Positions 1-7,041 of a DNA stretch of 41,915 nucleotides are shown in pieces; positions within the stretch are counted from its first letter, which is position 1; every line of letters starts with the position of its first letter. The notes under the pieces are model-generated. The model was not told where the DNA came from. It saw only the letters and a list, made by a program, of their open reading frames with translations, and made no database searches. Origin of the DNA: a virus. Its lineage: Duplodnaviria > Caudoviricetes. Position numbers and translations under genes: made by a program. The DNA lies in the IMG/VR virus record IMGVR_UViG_3300020460_000024, positions 1 through 41,915 of that record, one strand, 5' to 3'.

Positions 1-1
1 A

Positions 2-1078
2 TGGCGGGCAGATAATCCTACCGGTGAACAAGCCGGTAAGTACAAACCCGTGCTCCTTATTGGCCCTCCCGGTGTCAGTAAGAGCAAGCAGGTAGAGCAG
101 TTTGCACACGACAATGGGATGATCTTCATCCCTGTGTACCTGTCCTACAACACCTTCAACGACATCAAGGGCTTTGGTGTTCCTGATCGTGACCCCAATT
201 CAGATACCTATGAACGGATGATCTGGTATCGGGATGCGGTGTTCCCTGATTCCGATTGCGACAAGAAGTATCTCATCTTCTGGGATGAGCTGTTCAATGC
301 CAACGCTTCGGTTATCAAGGTAGCCCAGCAGGCTGTGCTGGAGCGCATGATCGGGGAGTACAAGTTCCCCCGCAACACCATGATGGTGGCCGCTGCCAAT
401 GGGCAGAAGCATCACTGTCAGGCTAGCCGTGCGCCTGCTTCAGTCATGGACAGGTTCACCGTCTATCAGTTGGAACCCTCGATCAAGGGTACCCTCGATT
501 GGTTGATGGATAACGCGCAGACTGAGTATGTCTTCGGGTTCCTTCAGGCTCATAACGAGTCCCTCTACTGTGACAACATGGACAAGTGGGATGGGGAGCA
601 GGCTCAGTCTACTTCCCGTTCGTACACCAAGCTGGATCAGTACCTCACTACGTACTCCGACCCCTCCGAGATGGTATCTCCCGACAACACCCGCCAGTTC
701 AAGGCAGATGTTTGTGGGTGTATAGGTGCCAAGGCTGGGCAGGAGTTCGTCACCTTTGTGCAGCTCTATGCTACCTGTGGTGATGTCGGTGAGTTGCTGG
801 CCGATGCCCGTAACTGTGACTTGGGGCGGATCGTAGCGCGCCCCGACCTCAAGTACATCGTTGCCAGTAAGCTGGTGACCCTTGCGGAGAAGGACAACGT
901 ATCCGATGTGCTTCTCTTGAGTCACAGGTTGACTGACCCCGACCTCAATAGTCCAGATGGTCTGGAGTCTATGGAGTCTATGGTTGGCAATCGCCTCCGT
1001 CGCAAGAGAAAAGACTTGAGTACAGTACCGGCCATGATTCAATGGCAGCTCAAGCACAAGAATGAGCTTCTCAAGTAG
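2..1078 (+). CDS. MoxR-type AAA+ ATPase (5'-truncated by window edge)
   Basis: Frame is open from position 2 (WRADNPTGEQAGKYKPVLLI...). Walker A GPPGVSKS, Walker B LIFWDE, sensor-1 AAAN, Arg-finger SVMDRF; next-but-one gene is a vWA protein. Confidence 0.85.
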   Translation, partial: WRADNPTGEQAGKYKPVLLIGPPGVSKSKQVEQFAHDNGMIFIPVYLSYNTFNDIKGFGVPDRDPNSDTYERMIWYRDAVFPDSDCDKKYLIFWDELFNANASVIKVAQQAVLERMIGEYKFPRNTMMVAAANGQKHHCQASRAPASVMDRFTVYQLEPSIKGTLDWLMDNAQTEYVFGFLQAHNESLYCDNMDKWDGEQAQSTSRSYTKLDQYLTTYSDPSEMVSPDNTRQFKADVCGCIGAKAGQEFVTFVQLYATCGDVGELLADARNCDLGRIVARPDLKYIVASKLVTLAEKDNVSDVLLLSHRLTDPDLNSPDGLESMESMVGNRLRRKRKDLSTVPAMIQWQLKHKNELLK

Positions 1079-1355
1079 TGATCTGGTAGACCACATCCTT
1101 CACAACCATCCCGCTTCCGTTGACCACGAACTACGTGGCGCGGAGTGGGATGGGCTTGTGATGTTCTGGTTCAGGAAGTGGCTGAAAGCCCACGGAGCAG
1201 AGCAGCACATAGTAATCATGTCACCAAGCATGAGGGTGTATGGGTCACCCCACGTTTACGAACTGTGGGTAAAACACAGAGATGACTTCGAGGCTATAGC
1301 ATTATTGCATAAAGAAATTATATCTTATGAGTGCAGACAACACAGCTCTAGATGA
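1062..1355 (+). CDS. hypothetical protein (97 aa) between MoxR and vWA genes
   Basis: ATG ORF fills the gap and overlaps both neighbours; no recognisable motif. Confidence 0.6.
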   Translation: MSFSSSDLVDHILHNHPASVDHELRGAEWDGLVMFWFRKWLKAHGAEQHIVIMSPSMRVYGSPHVYELWVKHRDDFEAIALLHKEIISYECRQHSSR

Positions 1356-2700
1356 GCTGCAACAAACGCGGTTAAAGTCCGCGACCAATACGGTGATGAA
1401 GGACCACCCGTTCTTCGCACCAGCACTAGCGGGTATGCCGCTAGTAATGGACCGTACAATCCCTACGGCTTGTACGGATGGTCGTGTTATCAGGTTCAAC
1501 CCTGATTTCACAGCAACTCTGAACGACTATGAACTGGTCGGCCTCCTCATTCATGAGGTGTGCCACCCCTTGTTTGGGCACCTTGTTCGTTTCGCTTCAG
1601 TAGTTGCGATAGGTAACGGGCGACTCGCCAACATCGCTACCGATTACGAGATCAACAACCTGCTGACTGAGTATAATAATTCATCCAGCAGACCAATCGT
1701 CCTGCCCAAGGATGGGTGTGTTGATCTTGAGCGGTTCAAGACGAAGGCCGCGGAGGCTATCTATAAGGCCCTCCAAGAGGAAGAGTTGCCACCGCCACCA
1801 CCGCCACCGCCACCACCTAAGCCTCCCGAGGGAGACGAAGAAGGGGGAGGCGAGAGCGAGGGTGATGGTGATGGTAAAGGTGGTGAGGAAGGTGAGGGCA
1901 CCAAGCCAGATGACTCCAAGGATGGTGAATCCAAGGGCGATTCCGGCACGCAGCCAGCCAAGCCGGAAGGTGGATCTGGTGGCCAACCCTTACCCGAGCC
2001 TGTATCGCCCGGTGAGTTTGAGATCCCCAAGGGTACGCCTGAGGAGATTGCCGAGCTGGAGGACAAGTGGCGGGAGATTCTATCTACCTCCATCCATGCC
2101 TCCAAGCTGCGCGGTGATGCTCCGGGTGAGTTCTTGGAGAAACTTCAGCAGTTGCAGAAGTCTCCTTTGAACATGAAGGATATTCTGCAGAAGTATGCAG
2201 ATGAGTTCTGCATGGATGAAGGCTCAACCAAGCCCGACAAGCGGTTCCTTGCCAACCACGACATATGTGTGGCGGGTATGGAGGACGAGCGTATTGGCTC
2301 CTTGGTGTTCGTCAATGACACCAGTGGGTCTATGCCCACCCGTGTTCACGAAGTGACCTGTTCCGTTATTCAGGAATCGGTTCACACCCTCAACGCCGAC
2401 AGGTTAATCCACATGGACGTTGATAGTCGGGTCTGTAAGGTACGGGAGTATGCCCCATACCAGTCAGTTGACCAGTCGATTCATGGCCGTGGGGGTACGG
2501 ACTTCCGTCCTGCCTTCAAGTGGATCGAGGAAAACCAAGTGGACCCGCGGGTGATCGTGTACGTGACCGATGGTTGGGGGGTTTTCCCCGACTCCCCTCC
2601 CAACGTGCCAGTCCTCTGGCTCACTTGGGGTAAGGGGGCTGACGAGTATCCGTTCGGGGACGTCATCGACCTCTACCAGATCGACCAAGCTACCACCTGA
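1327..2700 (+). CDS. HExxH metallopeptidase-like + vWA domain protein (DUF2201-like), MoxR partner
   Basis: N-terminal TACTDG...HEVCH...NIATDYEIN; poly-Pro/acidic Gly-rich linker; C-terminal MIDAS DTSGS, GRGGTDF, VYVTDG. Confidence 0.88.
   Translation: MSADNTALDELQQTRLKSATNTVMKDHPFFAPALAGMPLVMDRTIPTACTDGRVIRFNPDFTATLNDYELVGLLIHEVCHPLFGHLVRFASVVAIGNGRLANIATDYEINNLLTEYNNSSSRPIVLPKDGCVDLERFKTKAAEAIYKALQEEELPPPPPPPPPPKPPEGDEEGGGESEGDGDGKGGEEGEGTKPDDSKDGESKGDSGTQPAKPEGGSGGQPLPEPVSPGEFEIPKGTPEEIAELEDKWREILSTSIHASKLRGDAPGEFLEKLQQLQKSPLNMKDILQKYADEFCMDEGSTKPDKRFLANHDICVAGMEDERIGSLVFVNDTSGSMPTRVHEVTCSVIQESVHTLNADRLIHMDVDSRVCKVREYAPYQSVDQSIHGRGGTDFRPAFKWIEENQVDPRVIVYVTDGWGVFPDSPPNVPVLWLTWGKGADEYPFGDVIDLYQIDQATT
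1789..1818 (+). repeat. poly-proline (P10) coding tract, CCA/CCG repeats
   Basis: ccaccgccaccaccgccaccgccaccacct in the interdomain linker. Confidence 0.9.
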
Positions 2701-3011
2701 TGAACATACATTTGGTAGCTTTCCGCCAGCACAAAGGCGGGGACGTTACTGAGGTATGGTTCGCTGATAAAGGTACCGCGCAGACATTTCACGATGATCT
2801 GCGCGGTGCCGTCACGAACCTGAAACTTAGTACGATCTCTGTCCCTGTGGACAATCGTGTAGCCTTAGCCACATGGCTTAACAACCGCTACACCTTTTCA
2901 ACTATTCCAGTTCAACTGGATGACAAAGTATTAGAAGCGCACATAAATGCAAAGACGGTTCATCTGTTGTCCGTCAATCCAAACAACACAAACCAAGATA
3001 AGTTAATATGA
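2700..3011 (+). CDS. hypothetical protein (103 aa), probable paralogue of 4537..4770
   Basis: TGATG overlap with the upstream gene; WFxxKxxAQ and RxxxxxWLN motifs. Confidence 0.75.
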   Translation: MNIHLVAFRQHKGGDVTEVWFADKGTAQTFHDDLRGAVTNLKLSTISVPVDNRVALATWLNNRYTFSTIPVQLDDKVLEAHINAKTVHLLSVNPNNTNQDKLI

Positions 3012-4345
3012 AAACCGAAGAAGTAATCGACTGGTTCCATAGAGAACCGTTCAAATGCAACGCACAAACCACGCTCGTCCGCGCCCGTAATGGTGTGCTG
3101 ATGGCCAAGCAGGGCGTCAGTGGTGCCGACATCTACCACGATGACGGGGAGGAAGATCGTGACTACGCCGTGACGGGCAGGGAAGCAAAGGATATGAGTC
3201 TAAGGGAAGACCCAAACCACCATCTAGGACGGGCCTACCAAAACCCCAACGACTTCTTTGCCGACGATGACCTGACACGCAAGGACTGGGTACCACTTGT
3301 GGTAGCAATCCCCGACTCCGTAACCAAGAGAGTAGACGATGGGACCGAGGGTAACCAACGATGGTTGTTCATCGGCTCAGAGAGCCCCGGTAGTTGGTCG
3401 TCCTTGTTCAACAGCCATAACTTGTTTGCTCGCCGTGATGCCAATTGGGCCTACGACAAACTGTATAAGTCTTGTGTTATACAGCTCCCGACCGCACCCA
3501 TGCACGGAGTGCGTATCCCCGCAAGGGCACGAACTGTAGACCCTATGGATATACTTCTCAGGATATTCCATAAAGTGTTTGTAGATGTGTGCGGCACGGA
3601 CATGGCGGAACGCAACTGGCAACTGGGCTGGGCGCATTACCTCACCAACAACTGCGCGGTGCGGGTCAACGCCCGTAATTTATTCGGGGCAGCTGCGACC
3701 CAGTATCTTAACTCACCAGAGTTGAAGAAACTTGAGACCACGCTTGAGGCAATCAAGAAAGCGGTGCAGACCGAGGAGCCTCTTGAGTATGTGGATAGGT
3801 GGGCCGACTTTTCCACATCCTTGGGTGCGGCGTACAATGCCGAACAAGTGAGTACAGATACCGTGGGGCACGGAGCTAATCATGTATTGTCCCACATTGT
3901 AGAAGATGTGTTCCCCTTTACTATCCGCAATGGCTACTACAACGACAGGGATTTGTATAAGGTAGTAGATAAAAACTGGAAGACACGTTGTGCCCATTTC
4001 AGCGAAACCTACCGTAACGATTACGAGAGTGCTTGTAGGGAGACACAAAGATTCTGGGATGGGAAGCTTGCTGAGGACTCCGTTTACCAACCCAACGAAT
4101 GTTACATGGGTATGCGGATACCTAGCTTTACCAAGCTGCGAGCCAACTGGTCTATGTTTGTAGACTTGTTTGAGCGGCTGGGCTTCACCGAGCCTAAGCC
4201 CTTTGGGTTTAGCTTATGTGATGAAAACGAGGAATCCCTCGCAGTCCTTCGTAGTGCGGCAGTTTCTGAGATGTCCGACCCTGCCGCGACTATCGAAGAT
4301 GCAGCAGAAGCTGAAGCTGAATCAACCATGACTCTCCTTGGATAA
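3008..4345 (+). CDS. hypothetical protein (445 aa)
   Basis: Long ORF with ATGA overlap and A/C-rich leader; no motif recognised. Confidence 0.85.
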   Translation: MKTEEVIDWFHREPFKCNAQTTLVRARNGVLMAKQGVSGADIYHDDGEEDRDYAVTGREAKDMSLREDPNHHLGRAYQNPNDFFADDDLTRKDWVPLVVAIPDSVTKRVDDGTEGNQRWLFIGSESPGSWSSLFNSHNLFARRDANWAYDKLYKSCVIQLPTAPMHGVRIPARARTVDPMDILLRIFHKVFVDVCGTDMAERNWQLGWAHYLTNNCAVRVNARNLFGAAATQYLNSPELKKLETTLEAIKKAVQTEEPLEYVDRWADFSTSLGAAYNAEQVSTDTVGHGANHVLSHIVEDVFPFTIRNGYYNDRDLYKVVDKNWKTRCAHFSETYRNDYESACRETQRFWDGKLAEDSVYQPNECYMGMRIPSFTKLRANWSMFVDLFERLGFTEPKPFGFSLCDENEESLAVLRSAAVSEMSDPAATIEDAAEAEAESTMTLLG

Positions 4346-4360
4346 ACCAAACTAGATACC

Positions 4361-4540
4361 ATGCCTGAATCAATAAACATCGCCCCGAATTGGGAAAAGT
4401 CATCCCGCTATCTCCTCCATATTATCAAGAACAGCACCAACCTTAAGGACAAGGAATGGGCTGAGAGTGAAGTGGTCCGCATGGGCCGCATCATTGACAC
4501 ACTCCAAGCCCAGCAGACCGAACTACTTGAAGCACTATGA
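4361..4540 (+). CDS. hypothetical protein (59 aa, MPESINIAPNWEKSSRYLL...ELLEAL); not in ORF track
   Basis: ATG 4361 to TGA 4540; fills the gap and has an ATGA overlap with the next gene. Confidence 0.75.
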   Translation: MPESINIAPNWEKSSRYLLHIIKNSTNLKDKEWAESEVVRMGRIIDTLQAQQTELLEAL

Positions 4541-4770
4541 AGATATACGAAGTAACAAATGATAAGAACCGCCAATGGTTCGACAAGAAAGCGGAGGCGC
4601 AAGCCGCGTCCAAGAAAGAAAAGTCCCCTATGGTTACCTACGAGGTGGGCAGCACCCGCGCTGGATATGTTGAGTTCCTCAATGAAGTAGCCAACACACC
4701 CCCCACTGTATCCCGTACCGTGGTTCGTGTAACCGCAAGCAAACCCCCTGTCCCTGACCCAGACGCATGA
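4537..4770 (+). CDS. hypothetical protein (77 aa), probable paralogue of 2700..3011
   Basis: ATGA overlaps on both sides; WFDKKAEAQ and RAGYVEFLN. Confidence 0.75.
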   Translation: MKIYEVTNDKNRQWFDKKAEAQAASKKEKSPMVTYEVGSTRAGYVEFLNEVANTPPTVSRTVVRVTASKPPVPDPDA

Positions 4771-5240
4771 ATATATTTGTCGTAGATAAAGATCCGACCA
4801 CCGCCGCACAGCAACTGTGCGACAAGCATGTGGTCAAGATGATCCTTGAGTCGGCGCAGATGTTGTGTGCGGCTTACCCCAAGGGTGAGGCCCCATACAA
4901 GCGAGCCTTCTACAATCACCCATGCACCATCTGGGCTAGGGAATCGAAGGACAACTATGATTGGCTACTCACCCACGCCGATGAGATGTGCCGTGAGTAC
5001 ACCTACCGTTATGGCAAGACGCACAAGTCAACTGATGTCATCCACTGGTGTGCAGCTAACTACTCAAAGCTAGGCTTGAGCAAGCAGGGTCTCACCCCAT
5101 TCGCTCAGGCCATGCCGGAAGAATACAAACGAGTATTCGCAGTGACTGCTTACCGTGCCTACTACAACGGTGAGAAGAGTTACTTCGCCAAGTGGTCGGG
5201 GCGTGATACCCCTGACTGGTTCCTGAATCCTGATTCCTGA
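4767..5240 (+). CDS. denV: pyrimidine-dimer DNA glycosylase / T4 endonuclease V-like protein
   Basis: MNIF...CDKHVVKMILESAQML...NHPCTIWARES..NYDWL...EYTYRYGKTH...QAMPEEY...AYRAYY pattern of the DenV-like family. Confidence 0.85.
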   Translation: MNIFVVDKDPTTAAQQLCDKHVVKMILESAQMLCAAYPKGEAPYKRAFYNHPCTIWARESKDNYDWLLTHADEMCREYTYRYGKTHKSTDVIHWCAANYSKLGLSKQGLTPFAQAMPEEYKRVFAVTAYRAYYNGEKSYFAKWSGRDTPDWFLNPDS

Positions 5241-5243
5241 ATC
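5223..5243 (+). repeat. 21-bp direct repeat copy 1 (CTGAATCCTGATTCCTGAATC)
   Basis: Identical to 5510..5530; built from TCCTGA[A/T] heptamers; contains the denV-like stop codon. Confidence 0.9.
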
Positions 5244-5277
5244 GACACATGAACCTGACAATAGAAAAGACAATACA

Positions 5278-5520
5278 ATGAGCCAACAAATACAACCAAG
5301 ATGGGCCACACTCAAAGATGCGGCAAAGTATAGCGGACTTTCGGAACGCTACCTCCAAGATTTCATAAGGGACGGGCTTATCCAGTCGTCTCTTGTGAAA
5401 AGAACGAATGCTAAGCGGGGACGACGTCTCATCGACCTTTGGTCCCTCGACGAGTGTATTCAGCAAGGGCTTAACAAAGTCGGACCCCCCGTCTGCCGAG
5501 TTAAGGATGCTGAATCCTGA
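5278..5520 (+). CDS. excisionase/MerR-like winged-HTH DNA-binding protein
   Basis: WATLKDAAKYSGLSERYLQDFIRDGLI...GRRLIDLWSLD matches the Xis-like HTH pattern. Confidence 0.75.
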   Translation: MSQQIQPRWATLKDAAKYSGLSERYLQDFIRDGLIQSSLVKRTNAKRGRRLIDLWSLDECIQQGLNKVGPPVCRVKDAES

Positions 5521-5530
5521 TTCCTGAATC
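5510..5530 (+). repeat. 21-bp direct repeat copy 2 (CTGAATCCTGATTCCTGAATC)
   Basis: Identical to 5223..5243; contains the HTH gene stop codon and abuts the next ATG (5531). Confidence 0.9.
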
Positions 5531-5695
5531 ATGAGTCACCCATACATACCCTACGTCACGTTAGATGGAGAGGATATCCGTCTGGATAATGTCGAGTTCC
5601 TTAACATAGAGGAAGACTTTTACGGACGAGATCTCGTTACGTTTAACTACGAAGGCGAAAGACACCAATCATATATTATACACAAACCACACTAA
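5531..5695 (+). CDS. hypothetical protein (54 aa, MSHPYIPYVTLDGEDIRLDNVEFLNIEEDFYGRDLVTF...); not in ORF track
   Basis: ATG 5531 to TAA 5695; fills the gap and ends 2 nt before the next ATG. Confidence 0.7.
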   Translation: MSHPYIPYVTLDGEDIRLDNVEFLNIEEDFYGRDLVTFNYEGERHQSYIIHKPH

Positions 5696-5697
5696 CT

Positions 5698-5967
5698 ATG
5701 AAGATAAGAGAGATAAAAGAAGAAGTAGAAAGCTGGGACTGGAACCTCAACATCTTTGAGATATACGATAAGATGAAGGAGGAGTTCACCGACGATGGTG
5801 ACCGACACCTGCTACTCAACTATGCGTTTGAATACTACAACCATGACCGAATGCTAAAGGAGTTAATGGATGCCCTTAACGTAGAAGTCGAGACGCAAGA
5901 AGCAGTACGGGGGTACTTCGGTATGCACCCGAACCGACCCGCAAAGCTGAAGCACATGCCCGTGTAA
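5698..5967 (+). CDS. hypothetical protein (89 aa)
   Basis: Tightly packed ATG ORF. Confidence 0.7.
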   Translation: MKIREIKEEVESWDWNLNIFEIYDKMKEEFTDDGDRHLLLNYAFEYYNHDRMLKELMDALNVEVETQEAVRGYFGMHPNRPAKLKHMPV

Positions 5968-5971
5968 TCCT

Positions 5972-6274
5972 ATGAAAGGTGTAATTGATGTTAGGAAATG
6001 GATGCCAGCTATTCGTCGTATTTCACAGCAGCACCTACCGCTTGCTGAGTTACGGGAAGAGCTACGCAAAGAACGAGAAGCAACCGCTGATCTCCTTGAT
6101 GAGATCAAGGACATCAGTACAAGCCTCACTATCAACGCCGTGTCCACTGGACCGTGGTTGACAGACCTCGCCGCCCGTATGGAAAGGGCATTAACCAAGT
6201 ACAAAGAACAAACAAATGAGAATGAGCAACCCCTTCAAGGGGAAGACTGCGACGAAGGTACTCGACCTGTCTGA
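5972..6274 (+). CDS. hypothetical coiled-coil protein (100 aa)
   Basis: ATG ORF with helical/coiled-coil composition; the C-terminus overlaps the next gene. Confidence 0.65.
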   Translation: MKGVIDVRKWMPAIRRISQQHLPLAELREELRKEREATADLLDEIKDISTSLTINAVSTGPWLTDLAARMERALTKYKEQTNENEQPLQGEDCDEGTRPV

Positions 6275-6527
6275 CAAGATGGGTCTGAAGACCGCCGTTC
6301 GCTACCACGATACGAACGTAGTGGAGTTCACACCGGACACCGTTACGTTGAACTCTGGTGGCTGGCTAACCGCCACCACTAAAAGACGGATGAATGAAAC
6401 CGCCAGTGCCTACGGATTAGACTTCTGGGTAAGTCAGGAAGACTTCAAGTGGTGGGTATGTGTTGGGCGTGGGCCTAATCGTTACCACACCCCCTTCTCG
6501 GATGGAATGACCTTCAAGAGACCATGA
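6216..6527 (+). CDS. conserved phage hypothetical protein (start may be 6222)
   Basis: YHDTNVV...LNSGGWLTATTKRRMN resembles a recurrent small phage early-gene family of unknown function. Confidence 0.75.
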   Translation: MRMSNPFKGKTATKVLDLSDKMGLKTAVRYHDTNVVEFTPDTVTLNSGGWLTATTKRRMNETASAYGLDFWVSQEDFKWWVCVGRGPNRYHTPFSDGMTFKRP

Positions 6528-6826
6528 AATTACCACCCAAAGTTAATACACACGTAGTGGATGTTAACGGAGTTACCGTAAAGTTGCAATCCAAGCCCGA
6601 CAACGAAGCTGTCAATGGCTGGGCTGTTATTTGCTACGCCCCCGATATGTCCATCCGATCCAAGTGTCTCCACAATGTAAGCAAACGTGAGAAGTTTATT
6701 CTCAGTATAGGTTTAGCTGCAGGCTATGAACTGCATGAGTTGGGGGGAGAAGTGGCGGAAGAGGATATAGCTAGTCTGGAAAAGGCTGTGCATATATTAA
6801 CTCCAACCATCACTCCCCCGTCATGA
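6524..6826 (+). CDS. hypothetical protein (100 aa)
   Basis: ATGA overlaps on both sides. Confidence 0.7.
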   Translation: MKLPPKVNTHVVDVNGVTVKLQSKPDNEAVNGWAVICYAPDMSIRSKCLHNVSKREKFILSIGLAAGYELHELGGEVAEEDIASLEKAVHILTPTITPPS

Positions 6827-7038
6827 TCCACATGGTTCGTGAGTTCATGCCGAATGGCCTCCCCATCATGATCGACGGTATCGTGGTGGGTGAGGCCGTG
6901 GAACCTGAGTCTATTCGTATCTTCCCAATCATGAACAACCGACTGGGTTACCCCTTCTATGGTTACATGGACCCAGATGATCTCGGCAAGAAGATAGCTA
7001 GTCGCCTGACCACAGTCAGTCAGACTCAATCCGACTGA
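6823..7038 (+). CDS. hypothetical protein (71 aa)
   Basis: ATGA overlap; ends 3 nt from the convergent giant gene. Confidence 0.65.
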   Translation: MIHMVREFMPNGLPIMIDGIVVGEAVEPESIRIFPIMNNRLGYPFYGYMDPDDLGKKIASRLTTVSQTQSD

Positions 7039-7041
7039 CGT

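Noticed and set aside
963-983. Short 9-bp tandem (tggagtcta x2) in the ATPase gene
   Set aside because: Two copies only, in-frame (ESMESM); not distinguishable from chance or local slippage.
5223-5530. Direct repeats read as IS target-site duplication or attL/attR of a mobile element
   Set aside because: No transposase or integrase lies within or near the 287-bp unit and there are no terminal inverted repeats; reported only as a repeat-bounded cassette.
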